The position numbers and the translations under genes were made by a program. This document shows positions 1 to 10,862 of a stretch of 64,000 nucleotides of DNA, piece after piece. The stretch lies in the NCBI GenBank assembly GCA_963700145.1, contig OY969474.1:3808001-3872000 (forward strand), given 5' to 3'. Within the stretch, counting starts at the first letter, position 1, and every line of letters starts with the position of its first letter. This DNA comes from an uncultured Acidobacteriota bacterium. GTDB lineage: Bacteria > Acidobacteriota > Thermoanaerobaculia > Multivoradales > UBA5704. The notes beneath the pieces are model-generated. The model searched no databases, was not told where the DNA came from, and worked only from the letters and a program-made list of their open reading frames with translations.

Positions 1-30
1 TCCAAGGAGACCGGCCGCCAGAGGGGGTAG

Positions 31-1272
31 CTAAGAAATCCCTTCCGGAGCTGTGGCTTCGGCCGGTACCGCCGCCGGGCGCGTCGGCTCCTCGCGCACC
101 TGGCGGGTGAGGACCGAGACGCCGAGCATCAGCGTCGCGGCGATCCAAAAGGGGTAGCGCGGGTCGAGCTGGTAGGCGAGGCCGGCCATGAGCGGGCCGA
201 CCATCTTTGAGACGCCGCCGAAGGACTGCTGGACGCCGAGCGCCTGGCCAACCTCGCGCCGGGGCACCAGGCGCGAGACGAGCGCGGTGGTCGCGGGGAA
301 GAGGAGGGCGGTGCCCACGGGCACGAGGACGACGGCGAGGGCGAGCAGCGGCAAAGTCTTCATCAACGGCAGCACGAGCAACCCGGCGATCAGGGCCAGC
401 GCTCCCAGCCGCAGCGCGCCGACCTCGCCGAAGCGGCGCACCGCCGGCCCGAGGAGGAAGGCGCGCATCACGACGTTGAGGCCGCCGATGTAGACGAAGA
501 AGTAGCCGATCGTGTTCTCGGTGATCTTGAAGAGGTTGCCGAGGTAGAGCCCGAAGATAGTGTTCATGGCGAAGAAGGCCATCATCCCGACGGCGTAGAC
601 CCAGACCAGCGAGGAGACCGGCGCGAGCGGGTGGCGGAGCACCTCGAAAATCGAGCGGCGCACCGAGCGGCGGGCGGCCGGCGCCGGGGCGCCGGCCGGC
701 TCCTCATGCGGCGGAGGCTCGGAGAGCCACAAGAAGCCGGCGGCGATGTTGACGAAGCAGATGGTGGCGGCGACGAAGCCGGGGGCGTGGGGACCGAGGT
801 TGCGCGACAGCGAGCCGGCGGCGGCGCCGAGCGTGACGCCGATGTTGGTCGCCACGGTCAGCCAGCCGAGCGCCTGCGTGCGGTCGCGCGACGGCACCGA
901 GTCGGTGACATAGGCCTGGACGACGCCTACGATGCCGCCCCCCACCCCCTGCAGCAGGCGCATGAGGAAGAGCACAGGCAGGGTGTCCGCGAGGCCGAAG
1001 GCGAGATAGGCGAGCGCCGAGGCGGTGAGACCGGCGAGGATCATCGGCCGCCGCCCGTAGCGGTCGGAGAGGCGCCCCCAGAGCGGCGCGGTGGCGAGCT
1101 GGGCAAAGGGGTAGCAGGCGTAGAGGACGCCGTAGAGCGCCGGGCTGGCGCCGAAGCGGGTGGCGTAGAAGGGGAGCAGCGGCACGACGATCATCGTGCC
1201 GAACATGTCGGCGCCGAAGATCGCCATCAGCACCCAGAGGCTACGCAGCGAGGCCCGGTCGGAGGTGGTCAC
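31..1272 (-). CDS. MFS transporter (DHA1/TetA-like)
   Basis: C-terminal 413 aa of ORF 31..2760; GTG start overlaps upstream stop (GTGA); MFS motif A 'GRLSDRYGRRP'; about 12 hydrophobic segments. Confidence 0.9.
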   Translation of the reverse strand: MTTSDRASLRSLWVLMAIFGADMFGTMIVVPLLPFYATRFGASPALYGVLYACYPFAQLATAPLWGRLSDRYGRRPMILAGLTASALAYLAFGLADTLPVLFLMRLLQGVGGGIVGVVQAYVTDSVPSRDRTQALGWLTVATNIGVTLGAAAGSLSRNLGPHAPGFVAATICFVNIAAGFLWLSEPPPHEEPAGAPAPAARRSVRRSIFEVLRHPLAPVSSLVWVYAVGMMAFFAMNTIFGLYLGNLFKITENTIGYFFVYIGGLNVVMRAFLLGPAVRRFGEVGALRLGALALIAGLLVLPLMKTLPLLALAVVLVPVGTALLFPATTALVSRLVPRREVGQALGVQQSFGGVSKMVGPLMAGLAYQLDPRYPFWIAATLMLGVSVLTRQVREEPTRPAAVPAEATAPEGIS

Positions 1273-2924
1273 AGCTCGCGCCCCTCGCCGCGCAGCGCGA
1301 AGGCGCCGGCCGAGGCCGCCATCAGCAGCACGCCGTAGGCGGCGGCGAGCCCCAGCTCCTGGAGGCGCAGGCCGGAGAGGATCTCGATGGCGATCGGGCG
1401 GGTCTCGAAGGTGTAGAGGACGATCGAGGTCACGAAGTCCCCCAGCGCGGTGACGAACGCCAGGGCGGCGCCGGCGGCGACGGCCGGGCGGAGCAGCGGC
1501 AGGGTGATACGGCGCAGCCGGCGGAAGGTTCCGGCGCCGAGCGAGGCGGCGGCCTCGTCGAGCGCCGGGTCGAGCTGGCGCAAGCCCGCCAGCGCCGCGC
1601 GGCCGGTCAGCGGCAGGCCGCGCACCAGGTAGGCGAGCGGCAGGATGAGCGGCGTGCCGATGAGCAGGAACCGCCCCTGCCAGGGGGCGTTGACGCTCAT
1701 CGCCACCGCCAGCGCCACCGCGAAGACGGTGCCGGGGAGCGCCCAGGGGACGGCGAGGAGCCCTTCGAGGAGCGTCGCCAGCCGCCCGCCGCGCCGGCGG
1801 GCGACGAGCGCGGCCGCCAGCCCCAGCGCCAGCGCGGCGGCGGTGGCGGCGGTCGCCATCCACAAGGAGTTGGCGATCGGGCGCAGGCGCTCGGCCGAAG
1901 AGAAAAGGGTGCGCCAGTTGCCGAGGTCGAGGACCGGCGGGAAGGGCTCGGCGGTCCAGGTGAAGGGCGGCACGAAGGAGAGGAGGACGAGAACCGCGTG
2001 CGGCAGCAGCAGGAAGGCCGCCGCCAGGACCGCCAAGCCGCCGACCGCCCAGCGCGCCGGGCCGGCGAGCCGGCGCCGCCGGGGCGGCACCCCGCGGGTG
2101 CCAGCGACGCGCTCGGCGCGGCGGTCCGCGCGGCGCATGGCGGCCAGGCCGAGCAACGCCAGCGCCGCCAGCGTCACCGTCTCGACCTGCGCCAGCGCGT
2201 CGTCGCCGTTGAGCTTCGAGGCCACGATCTGCGTCGTCATCACCCGGAACGAGCCGCCGAAGAGGTAGGGCGCCGAGAAGGAGGCCAGCGCGGTCATGAA
2301 GGTGAGGAGCGCCGCGGTCGAGAGCGCCGGCCGCAGCAGCGGCAGGGTGACACGCCGGAGCGTGCGCAGCCGCCCGGCGCCGAGCGAGGCGGCAGCCTCG
2401 AGGAGCGACCCGTCCATGCGCGCCAGCGCGGCGCGGGTGAAGAGGTAGAAGAAGACGTAGAACGAGTAGGTGTGGACCAGCAGGATCGCCCCCGGCCCGG
2501 CGAGCCGCCAGGGGGGCGCCGCCAGGCCGAGCGCGGCCTGCACGGCGCGGGTCGCGAAGCCGCTCTCGCCGAAGAGGAAGAGGAAGGCGATCACCCCGAC
2601 GAGCGGCGGCAGGGCAACCGGCAGCGCCGCCGCGGCGCCGAGGAAGCGGCGGCCGGGGAAGTCGGCGCGCTCGAAGGCGAAGCCGAGCGGCACGCCGACG
2701 GCGGCGGCGAGGACGACCGAAGCGGCCGAGGTCCAGAGACTGCGCCAGAGGGCCAGCCACTCGTCGGGCCGGGCGGCGAAGGCGCGCAGGTGGGCCAGCG
2801 TCCAGCCGCCGGGGCCGCCGAGCGCCTCGCCGAAGGTGACGAGGAGCGGCCAGCCGACCAGCCAGGCGAGCAGGACGGCGAGGGCGGCGGCCGCGAGGGT
2901 CAGCGCGCGGCGGCGGCCGGTCAT
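1269..2924 (-). CDS. Fe3+/thiamine-type ABC transporter permease (FbpB-like, two TM modules)
   Basis: Two EAA loops 'EAAASLGAG...RR(V/I)TLPLLRP'; 551 aa, hydrophobic. Confidence 0.9.
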   Translation of the reverse strand: MTGRRRALTLAAAALAVLLAWLVGWPLLVTFGEALGGPGGWTLAHLRAFAARPDEWLALWRSLWTSAASVVLAAAVGVPLGFAFERADFPGRRFLGAAAALPVALPPLVGVIAFLFLFGESGFATRAVQAALGLAAPPWRLAGPGAILLVHTYSFYVFFYLFTRAALARMDGSLLEAAASLGAGRLRTLRRVTLPLLRPALSTAALLTFMTALASFSAPYLFGGSFRVMTTQIVASKLNGDDALAQVETVTLAALALLGLAAMRRADRRAERVAGTRGVPPRRRRLAGPARWAVGGLAVLAAAFLLLPHAVLVLLSFVPPFTWTAEPFPPVLDLGNWRTLFSSAERLRPIANSLWMATAATAAALALGLAAALVARRRGGRLATLLEGLLAVPWALPGTVFAVALAVAMSVNAPWQGRFLLIGTPLILPLAYLVRGLPLTGRAALAGLRQLDPALDEAAASLGAGTFRRLRRITLPLLRPAVAAGAALAFVTALGDFVTSIVLYTFETRPIAIEILSGLRLQELGLAAAYGVLLMAASAGAFALRGEGREL

Positions 2925-4003
2925 GCTCCCTCGCGGCGAAAGATCCTGGGCAAGGCGGCGCCGGCGCGCGGGCCGACGTGCACCGTCTCTCCCGCCGCCG
3001 CCGCGTGCGGGCCGGAGAGCACCTCCAGCTCCGCGCCGTTCGCGAGCGCCACGGTGTAGTAGGTCCCCTGCCCGGCGTAGCGCCGCTCGACGACGCGGCC
3101 GGGAAGGGCCTCGAAGCCGCCGCGCGGGCGGAGCTCCAGCGCCTCCGGCCTCACCAGCAGCTCGACCGCATCGCCGGGCGCCAGGCCCTCCGCCGTCTCC
3201 TCCCCTGCCCAGACAACTTCGCTGTCGCCGGCCGCAATCCGCACCCGCCCCGCGCCGCCGTCCCGGCCCGCGAACGTCCCCGCCAGCGCACTCGCCCGCC
3301 CGACGAAGCCGGCGACGAAGCGCGTCTCCGGCCGCTCGTACAGCTCCTCCGGCGTCCCCACCTGGTGGAGCCGCCCGCCGCCGAGCACCGCCACCCGGTC
3401 GCCGAGGTGGAACGCCTCCTCCTGCTCGTGGGTCACCAGCACGGTCGTGATCCCCACCCGGGCCAGCGTCCGCCGCAGCTCGCGGCGGGTGCGCTCGCGC
3501 AGCGACGGGTCGAGGTTCGAGAGCGGCTCGTCGAGGAGCAGGAGGCGCGGCTCGGGGGCGAGGGCGCGGGCCAGCGCCACGCGCTGCTGCTGCCCGCCCG
3601 AGATCTCGCCGACGCGGCGGTCCTCGAAGCCGGGGAGGTCGACGCTCCCGAGCGCCGCCGCCACCCGCGCCGCCGCCTCGGCGCGCGGCAGGCGCAGGCC
3701 GAAGGCCACGTTCTCGCCCACCGACAGGTGCGGGAAGAGGGCGTAGTGCTGGAAGACCATGCCGACGTTGCGGCGCGCCGGCGGCAGCGGGTCGAGCCGC
3801 TCGCCGTCCACCAGGATGCGCCCGGCGTCGGGCGTCTCGAAGCCGGCGAGGAGGCGGAGGAGGGTGGTCTTGCCGCTGCCGGAGGGGCCGAGGAGGGCCA
3901 GCACCTCGCCGCGCCCGACGGCGAGGGCGACGCCGTCGAGCACCTTGTGGCCGCCGAAGCGCTTGCTCAGCCCGTCGAGGACGAGGAACGGCGGCGGCGT
4001 CAT
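2921..4003 (-). CDS. ABC transporter ATP-binding protein (FbpC/PotA-like, TOBE C-terminus)
   Basis: Walker A GPSGSGKT, signature [14 protein letters not shown]; ATG at 4003 overlaps upstream stop (ATGA). Confidence 0.92.
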   Translation of the reverse strand: MTPPPFLVLDGLSKRFGGHKVLDGVALAVGRGEVLALLGPSGSGKTTLLRLLAGFETPDAGRILVDGERLDPLPPARRNVGMVFQHYALFPHLSVGENVAFGLRLPRAEAAARVAAALGSVDLPGFEDRRVGEISGGQQQRVALARALAPEPRLLLLDEPLSNLDPSLRERTRRELRRTLARVGITTVLVTHEQEEAFHLGDRVAVLGGGRLHQVGTPEELYERPETRFVAGFVGRASALAGTFAGRDGGAGRVRIAAGDSEVVWAGEETAEGLAPGDAVELLVRPEALELRPRGGFEALPGRVVERRYAGQGTYYTVALANGAELEVLSGPHAAAAGETVHVGPRAGAALPRIFRREGA

Positions 4004-5016
4004 CCCCGGCCGCGCACCGTGCGGTCCCAGGTCGCCATCCACTCCTGGGAGCGCGCTTCGATGAGCTTCCAGTCGACCGGCGCCGGCACGAGCTGCGCCG
4101 AAACCTCGCGCGCCCAGGCCGGCAGCCGCTCGGGCGGGATGTCGGTGCGCGCCGGCAGGCGGAAGGCCTCGCGCGCGGCGAGGAGCTGCGCCTCCTCGCT
4201 CCCCACCCACTCGACGAAGGCGCGCGCCGGCTCGGGGTGGCGGGCGCCGCGCACCAGGCCGAGCGAGTCGTCGATCACCGGCGTGCCGCTCGCGGGGAAG
4301 GTGAAGGCGAGCGGCGAGCCGCGCTTCTGCTGCCAGAGCATGTCGGTCAGCTCCCAGACCGTGATCAGCCCCTCGCGGCGGTTGAGCTTCTCGAGCAGCA
4401 GCGCGGGGTTGAGGACGTACTCCTTGGTCTGCGCGTCGAGGCGGCGGAGGAACTGCCAGCCGGTCTCCTCGCTGCCGGTCTCCTGCACCGAGAGCGCGAG
4501 CACCATGCCGAAGAGGATGCGCATGGTGCCGCTCGCCAGCGGGTCGCGGATCAGCATCTTCTTGCGCCAGCGCGGGTCGAGGAGGTCCCCCCAGTCGCGC
4601 GGCGCCTCGGCCGGCGGCACCACCGCGGCGTTGTAGACCAGGACCGGGGCGGTGCGGTAGGAGGCGAGGTAGCGGTCCTGCGGATCGCGGCTTCCCGCAG
4701 GCACGGCCTCGGCCCAGCTCGGCCGGAACGGCGCCAGCAGCCCCTCGCGGGCGCCGCGCGCGAAGATCGTCTGCGGGCCGCCGAACCAGACGTCGGCCTG
4801 CGGGTTGGCGGCCTCGGAGCGCAGGCGGTCGTAGACCTCCTGCGAGCCCATGTCGAGCCAGCGCACGTCCACCTCCGGATGGCGCTCCTCAAAGCTGCGC
4901 TCCATGAGCTGCAGGAGGTCGCGGCCGTGCGGCGAGTAGACGACCAGCGGGGTCTTGCCGTCGCCGCAGCCGAAGAGGGCGGCGGCGAGGACGGCCGCGG
5001 CGAGAGACGGGCGCAT
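4000..5016 (-). CDS. ABC transporter substrate-binding lipoprotein (Fe3+ family)
   Basis: Lipobox 'LFGC'; 'LVVYSPHG', '[13 protein letters not shown]', '[12 protein letters not shown]', 'RDPLASGT'. Confidence 0.88.
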   Translation of the reverse strand: MRPSLAAAVLAAALFGCGDGKTPLVVYSPHGRDLLQLMERSFEERHPEVDVRWLDMGSQEVYDRLRSEAANPQADVWFGGPQTIFARGAREGLLAPFRPSWAEAVPAGSRDPQDRYLASYRTAPVLVYNAAVVPPAEAPRDWGDLLDPRWRKKMLIRDPLASGTMRILFGMVLALSVQETGSEETGWQFLRRLDAQTKEYVLNPALLLEKLNRREGLITVWELTDMLWQQKRGSPLAFTFPASGTPVIDDSLGLVRGARHPEPARAFVEWVGSEEAQLLAAREAFRLPARTDIPPERLPAWAREVSAQLVPAPVDWKLIEARSQEWMATWDRTVRGRG

Positions 5017-5030
5017 GGCGAGCGGGCAGT

Positions 5031-6470
5031 TTACCGTGGCGGCAGCATCGTCCCGGGGCGGCGGCGGTAGATCGTCAGCTCCCCCGGCCCGTCGCGGTCG
5101 CGGAAGCGCACCGCCTCCTCGAAGGCGGCAGGGAACCAGGGCTGCCGCACGAGCGGGCGCATCCGGCCGCGGGTGTGGAAGACGACGACGTCGGCCGGCG
5201 CGGCGAGGAAGGCGCCGGCGATGTCGCGGCTCGCCACGTAGGGGCGCGCCGCGCGCGTCACCAGGCCCATCAGGTCGACGATCCGGCGCTCGCTCTCCCA
5301 GCCGAGGACGCCGATCTCGACGTAGGCGACGGAGGTCTCCGGCGGCGTCCGCTCGCGCAGCCAGGCGCCGGCGCGGCGGTAGGTGTCGAGGTGGCCGTAG
5401 CCGTTGAAGCCGCGCGCCCAGGTCCAGGCGGAGCGGACGACGGGCCAGGCGAGGAGGACGGCGAGGAGCGCCGCCGCCGCGAAGCCGGCGGCGGGTCGCC
5501 AAGCGCCGAGCCGCCGCGCGACGGCGAACGGCACCGCCGCGAGGCCGTAGAGGAGCGCCGCCGCGAGCGGCACCAGGTACCAGGAGAAGAACGGCACGCC
5601 GAGCAGCGTGTAGGCGAGCGCCACGGCGCCGGCGTAGAGCACGAGGAGGCGCCCGGCGCGGCCGCTCTCGCGCCAGAAGGGGACGAGGCCGGCGGCGCCG
5701 AGCGCCAGGAGCCACCCCCACCAGGCTCCGAAGTGACGCGGCGCCAGGCGCGCGGCGCGTTGCCAGAAGAAGCGCGCCGCCTCGACGCCGCCGCCGGTCG
5801 CGGCGAAGGCGTCGGCGCGCTTGGCCGCCGCGGTCTCCGGCAGCGGCGTCCCGAACCAGGCCCAGGCGGCGAGCAGGCCGGCGGCGACGACGGCGCCCGC
5901 GGCGACGGCGTAGCGGCGCGGGAAGCGCCGCTCCTCCCACCAGACGAGGAGACCGAGGAGCGCGGCGCCGGCGAGGGCGTCGGGGCGGCACCAGGCGGCG
6001 GCGCCGGCGAGGAGCCCGGCCAGTGCCGGCCGGTCGCGGGAGGCGAGCGCGGCGCCGGCGAGGAGCGCCAGGACGAGCGTGGCCGCCGAGCCGTGGTTGG
6101 TCCAGACGTAGGACGAGGCGAGGAGCAGGGTGCCGCCGAGCGCGGCCGGCGCGCGCGCCCGCGCGTCGAGGAGGAGCAACACAGCGAGCGCCACGAGCGC
6201 GGCGGCGTAGACCACGCTGCCGAGCCGCGGCAGGTCGGCGCCCGTCGCCGCGTGGACCGCCGCCAGCAGCAGGCCGAGCCCCGGCTCGGAGAGGCCGAAG
6301 ACGCGCTCGCCCGGATTGAACACCAGCCCTTCGCCGCGCGCCACATTCCGTGCGTAGCAGTAGGTGATGTAGAGGTCGTCCTGGGCGCGGCCGTCGAGGT
6401 GGAGGACGAAGAGCGCGGCGAGGAGGCCCCAGAGAGCGAGCAGCGCGGCGGCGGCGATCCTCCTCGTCAC
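5031..6470 (-). CDS. Polytopic membrane protein, GT-C fold glycosyltransferase-like
   Basis: '[22 protein letters not shown]' DD motif after TM1, 'RPDA', 'DLMGL'; GTG start overlaps upstream stop. Confidence 0.72.
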   Translation of the reverse strand: MTRRIAAAALLALWGLLAALFVLHLDGRAQDDLYITYCYARNVARGEGLVFNPGERVFGLSEPGLGLLLAAVHAATGADLPRLGSVVYAAALVALAVLLLLDARARAPAALGGTLLLASSYVWTNHGSAATLVLALLAGAALASRDRPALAGLLAGAAAWCRPDALAGAALLGLLVWWEERRFPRRYAVAAGAVVAAGLLAAWAWFGTPLPETAAAKRADAFAATGGGVEAARFFWQRAARLAPRHFGAWWGWLLALGAAGLVPFWRESGRAGRLLVLYAGAVALAYTLLGVPFFSWYLVPLAAALLYGLAAVPFAVARRLGAWRPAAGFAAAALLAVLLAWPVVRSAWTWARGFNGYGHLDTYRRAGAWLRERTPPETSVAYVEIGVLGWESERRIVDLMGLVTRAARPYVASRDIAGAFLAAPADVVVFHTRGRMRPLVRQPWFPAAFEEAVRFRDRDGPGELTIYRRRPGTMLPPR

Positions 6471-8101
6471 GGCGCGCCGGCCCCGCTCGCCGGCCGGTCC
6501 CACTCCCGCCGCCGCTCGAGCTTCCGGCAGGAGTCCGCGGCGGCGCCGCGCCGGCGGCGGTAGACGACGGTCTGGTAGCCGTCGTCGTACAGCTCGGGCG
6601 CGGGGCGGCCGAAGCGGAGCCAGCCCTCTTCGGGCGGCCGCGCGCCGCGCACCTTGATCAAGAGGAAGGGCGCGTAGCAGGCGCGCAGCCGCACCGGCGT
6701 GCGCCCCAGCCCGGCGGTGCGCGGCACGCCGTCGCGCCGCACGCCGCTCAACAGCAGGTCGGGGCGGCGGTCGAGCACGTAGTGCGGGTCGTACTTCTCG
6801 TGCGCCACGGTGCGGAAGCCGCTGGTCAGCGGCGGCAGGTGGGCGATGTGCTCGTCGGCCAGGCCGTACATGTCCACCGTCGGCCGTCGCGAGTAGTAGG
6901 GGACGATGCCGGCGCCCCCGGTCGCCACCAGGGCGCCGGGGGGCGTCTTCTCGCGGATCCAGTGGGCGAGGCGGGTCCAGGACTCCATCTCCAGGGCCAG
7001 CCCCTCGAGGCGCGACAGCCGCTCCGGCCAGGAGAGCCAGAGGGCGGCGGCGACGAGCGCCGCGGCGGCCGCGGCGCGCACCGCCGCCGCGGGGCGCGGC
7101 GCCAGCGCGGCGGTCACACGCCCCAGGCCTTGCGCCGCGAGGATGAGCAGGAAGGGAAGCGCCGGCAGCAGGAAGCGCGGCCCGAAGAAGGGCAGGAAAT
7201 CGCCGCCCACCCAGAGGAAGTAGGCCACCGTCGCCGCGATCCAGCCCCAGCCGAGGAGCGCGAAGCAGTCGCGGCGGAGCGCCGGCAGGGTGACGAGCGC
7301 CAGCAGAAGCAGCGGCCAGGCGTTCCACTGCCCCATGAGGACGAGGAGCTGCTCGGCGCCGCGCCCGATCCGGCTCCAGGTGAAGCCGGTGGCCTTGACG
7401 TAGAACGTGTTGGGCAGGAGCCACCCGTAGTAGGCCCAGCGCCAGAGGAAGTAAGGAAGGTAGAGCGCGGTGAAGGCGGCGCCGAGGCGCAGCGCGCCGC
7501 GCCGCCGCTCCCTGACGTCGCCCGGCCCCCGGAGCAGCGCCCAGGCCGCGGTCAGCAGCCAGTAGACCCCGCCCTCCGGCCGTGTCATCGCGGCGAGCGC
7601 GAAGGCGACACCGGAGGCGATGGGCCGCCGCGCCACGAGCAGCCGCTCGAGGGCGAGGAGGAGGAGCGCCGCGAAGAGGAGGGTCTCCATCCCCGAGACG
7701 ACGAAGCGCGGCTGCGAGCCGAGGGCGGCCCAGAGGAGCGGCGGCAGTGCGGCGAGGAGCGGGCTCTCTGGCAGCACCGTGCGCGCCAGCCGCGCCAGCA
7801 GCACGATCGCCGCGATCCCCGCCGCCCCCGCGAGTGCCACCGAGAGCAGCGGCAGGTCGAGCCCCAGCGCGGCGCCGCCGGCGAGGAGCAGGGTCCAGAG
7901 GAAGTTGGTGTAGCCCTCGACCTTCTCTCCTACATTGAAGACGAGGCCGTGCCCCTCCGCCAGGTTGGCGGCGTAGCGGAAGGAGATGAAGGCGTCGTCG
8001 ACGAGGAGGTAAGGGTCCCAGAGGTGGGCGGCGCGCGCCAGCAGCAGCGCCGCCGCGGCCGCCGCGGCGAGAAGCGCGGCGCTAGCGCCCTGCGCCCGCA
8101 C
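6467..8101 (-). CDS. Polytopic membrane protein, GT-C fold glycosyltransferase-like (paralogue of neighbour)
   Basis: '[32 protein letters not shown]', 'SGMET', 'TRPEG', 'LPNTFYVK', 'DMYGLAD'. Confidence 0.75.
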   Translation of the reverse strand: MRAQGASAALLAAAAAAALLLARAAHLWDPYLLVDDAFISFRYAANLAEGHGLVFNVGEKVEGYTNFLWTLLLAGGAALGLDLPLLSVALAGAAGIAAIVLLARLARTVLPESPLLAALPPLLWAALGSQPRFVVSGMETLLFAALLLLALERLLVARRPIASGVAFALAAMTRPEGGVYWLLTAAWALLRGPGDVRERRRGALRLGAAFTALYLPYFLWRWAYYGWLLPNTFYVKATGFTWSRIGRGAEQLLVLMGQWNAWPLLLLALVTLPALRRDCFALLGWGWIAATVAYFLWVGGDFLPFFGPRFLLPALPFLLILAAQGLGRVTAALAPRPAAAVRAAAAAALVAAALWLSWPERLSRLEGLALEMESWTRLAHWIREKTPPGALVATGGAGIVPYYSRRPTVDMYGLADEHIAHLPPLTSGFRTVAHEKYDPHYVLDRRPDLLLSGVRRDGVPRTAGLGRTPVRLRACYAPFLLIKVRGARPPEEGWLRFGRPAPELYDDGYQTVVYRRRRGAAADSCRKLERRREWDRPASGAGAP

Positions 8102-10739
8102 GGTCGGCCAGCGCCAGCAGGTTCGCCAGCAGCCGGTAGGCGCCGGGGACGCCGGCGGGGATCTGCCGGAAGAAGGCGAGGCCCGTGTAGACGTAGGTGC
8201 CCTCGCCGAGCGGCGCCACCAGCAGGCCGCCGCGCAGCTCCGGCCCGCCGGGGTCGGCCATGGCGAGGAGCGGCGTGTAGGCTGGGTCCCAGGTGTTGGC
8301 GAAGTAGAGGCCGCGCTCCTGCACCCACCCCTCCCAGTCCGCCGGCCCCAGCCGGTTGGGCGTGGTGAAGACCGGATGGTCGGGGACGAGCGGCACGACC
8401 GGCGCGTTCTCGTCGGTGACGCGGTCGTGCGGCCGGGCGATCTCCAGCGGGTAGGGCGTGAGCTTCCCCTCGACGAACGCATACTGCTGGTACTGGACGA
8501 CGAGCAACCCGCCCCGTCGTACGTAGTCGAGCAGGCGGGCGTTGGCCCGCGCCAGCGCCGGCTCGGTCTCGTAGGCGCGGCTGCCGACGACGATCGCGTC
8601 GTAGCCCGCGAGGTCGCCGGCGGCCAGCTCCTCGGCCGCGAGCAGCTCGATCGGCAGCCCGACGGCGCGCAGGAACTCCGGCACGCGGTCGGAGGCGCCG
8701 CGCACGTAACCGACACGCTGCAGGCGCGGCAGCGCCAGCTCGGTGGCGCTGATCTCGACCCGCGCCGGCCGCAGCGTCGGCGTCGGCGGCACGTGCTCGT
8801 GCTCGACGAGCGGCAGCGCGGCGGCGAAGCGGCGGCCGTCGGCGAGCACGGCCTCGACCGCGTAGGCGGAGCGCCCGGGCGCCAGCTCCCGCGGCGGCGT
8901 GAGCTGCAGCGCGACCGTCTGCCGCTCGCCGGGCGCCAGGGTGAAGGGGCGCGGCGGCACCGGCGGCCAGCCCGGCGCGGGCGGGCGCGGCACCGGGTCG
9001 GGCCGGGCACTGACCTCGCCCTGAAGCGGGACCGCGGCGCGCGAGACGAGCGTCACCTCGACGATGCGCGGCGCGCGTTGGTCGATCGGCCAGAGGATGA
9101 GCGCGGGCTCGACCGTCACCTCGACCGCCGGCACCACCCGCAGCGGCCGGCGGATCTCGCCGCGCGCCTGGTCGCCGACGCGGTAGACCACCTCGCGCTC
9201 GAGCGTCACCGGCTGGCCGGCGATCTCGAAGTCGAAGCGGGCGACGAGCGGCGGCGGCTCGAACGGCTCGCCGCGCACCTCCGCCGGCGCGCCGCTCCAG
9301 TCGTAGAGCGCGTCGCGCAGCGGCGCGCGCAGGAAGTAGGGGAGGGTGGGCTCGGCGCCGGCGGGGACCGGCAGCGCGAGGTCGAAAGTGGCCAGCTCGC
9401 CGGCCGCGACCGCCTTGACGCCGCCGACGACCGGCCACTCCGCCGCCGGCACCAGCGCGACGTTGACCGCGGCGAGCGGCTCGGCGCCGCTGTTCCAGAG
9501 TGCCAGCTGCACCTTCAGCTCTTCGCCGGCGGTGACCGTCTCGCGCGCCGCCGCGGCCTCGACGGCGATCCCCGCCGCTGCGGCCAGCCCGGACTCGGCG
9601 ATCGCCGCCTTCTCGGCGACGAGCTCCGCCGCCTGCCGCTCGGCGTCGCCGGCGCCCGGACCCTCCAGCTCGGCCTGCGCCGCCCGCAGGTGCCCGAGCG
9701 CCGCGGCGAGCCCCGGCACCGCCGCCGCCAGCCGCGCCGGGTTGAGCTCGGCGCGAGTACGCGCCGCCGCCTCCTCGGCGGCCGCGAGGTGCGCCGCCAC
9801 GCGCTCCCGCCGCGCCGCGTTCGCGATCCCCGCCGCGATGCCCTGCAGACGCGTGTCGACGCCGGCGAAGAGGTCCTTGGCCGCGGCGCCCTCCCCGCCC
9901 TCGACCCACGCGACGCGCGCCTGCCGCGGCCCGAGGTCGAGCAGCCGCCCCATGTCCTGCGAGCGGTGCTCGCTGCGGCTCGCCATAGCGAGCTGGAAGA
10001 TCGAGCGGCCGGTGAGCCAGTCGATGACGCCGGTCTCGAGGGTCAGCGTCGTCGCCTCGCGGTCGAAGCCGGTCGAGCGGTAGAGCGCCCGCGGCCGCCA
10101 GGGCGGCAGCCCTTCGGCCAGGAGCTGCGGCACGGCCGCCGGATCGCCGGCGGCGCGATAGCCCTCGTGCGCCATCACCCCGGCCGCCTGGTGCTGACCG
10201 TGGTTGGGGTGCGGCGTGCCGCGGAAGACCGACACCACGACCTGCGGCTTGAAGCGGCGGACGACGCGCACCACGTCCTCGAGCAGCACCTCGCGCGGCC
10301 AGCGCGCGAGCGTCTCCTCGAGCGACCGGGTGTAGCCGAAGTCGTAGGCGCGGGTGAAGAACTGCCGGCCGCCGTCGATCGTGCGCGCCGCGAGGAGCTC
10401 CCGGCTGCGCAGGATGCCGAGCTCGACGCCCAGTTCCGAACCGATCAGGTTCTGCCCCCCCTCGCCGCGCGACAGCGACAGGTATGCCGCCTCGCCGCCC
10501 CGGCCGCGCGCCACGAGCGTCAGGAGCTGTGTGTCCTCGTCGTCGGGGTGCGCGCCGACGACCAGCAGCCGTTGGTGCGTGACGAGCCGCGCCAGTGCCC
10601 GCTCGACGGCCGGGAAGCCGCCGGTCCCCGGCGGCTCGAGCGCCGGCGGCGCCGCGCCGGCCCCGGCGCGCGGCGGCGCGGCGAAGGCGGCGCTGAGGAA
10701 GAGAAGAAGGGCGGCGAGCGCCCGCACGGTTCGCGGCAT
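8082..10739 (-). CDS. Secreted PIG-L/LmbE family N-acetylglucosamine deacetylase with Ig-like (NEW3) and C-terminal GATase-like domains
   Basis: Signal peptide; 'AHPDDED', 'SRGEGGQN', 'HGQH'; C-terminal 'QERGLYF', '[15 protein letters not shown]'. Confidence 0.88.
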   Translation of the reverse strand: MPRTVRALAALLLFLSAAFAAPPRAGAGAAPPALEPPGTGGFPAVERALARLVTHQRLLVVGAHPDDEDTQLLTLVARGRGGEAAYLSLSRGEGGQNLIGSELGVELGILRSRELLAARTIDGGRQFFTRAYDFGYTRSLEETLARWPREVLLEDVVRVVRRFKPQVVVSVFRGTPHPNHGQHQAAGVMAHEGYRAAGDPAAVPQLLAEGLPPWRPRALYRSTGFDREATTLTLETGVIDWLTGRSIFQLAMASRSEHRSQDMGRLLDLGPRQARVAWVEGGEGAAAKDLFAGVDTRLQGIAAGIANAARRERVAAHLAAAEEAAARTRAELNPARLAAAVPGLAAALGHLRAAQAELEGPGAGDAERQAAELVAEKAAIAESGLAAAAGIAVEAAAARETVTAGEELKVQLALWNSGAEPLAAVNVALVPAAEWPVVGGVKAVAAGELATFDLALPVPAGAEPTLPYFLRAPLRDALYDWSGAPAEVRGEPFEPPPLVARFDFEIAGQPVTLEREVVYRVGDQARGEIRRPLRVVPAVEVTVEPALILWPIDQRAPRIVEVTLVSRAAVPLQGEVSARPDPVPRPPAPGWPPVPPRPFTLAPGERQTVALQLTPPRELAPGRSAYAVEAVLADGRRFAAALPLVEHEHVPPTPTLRPARVEISATELALPRLQRVGYVRGASDRVPEFLRAVGLPIELLAAEELAAGDLAGYDAIVVGSRAYETEPALARANARLLDYVRRGGLLVVQYQQYAFVEGKLTPYPLEIARPHDRVTDENAPVVPLVPDHPVFTTPNRLGPADWEGWVQERGLYFANTWDPAYTPLLAMADPGGPELRGGLLVAPLGEGTYVYTGLAFFRQIPAGVPGAYRLLANLLALADRAGAGR

Positions 10740-10862
10740 GAGGTCTCCGGGGTGGCGCGGCGCGGCAGTCTAGCAGCGCACTCCTCAACGCATTGACGGC
10801 CGGCGGCGTAGACCTTGCAGCAAGAACACGCCACACCTCGTGGCACCCACAGGAGAAAATCG

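Noticed and set aside
31-1272. Tetracycline resistance gene tetA
   Set aside because: Only family-level similarity, no tetR; such MFS proteins are widespread
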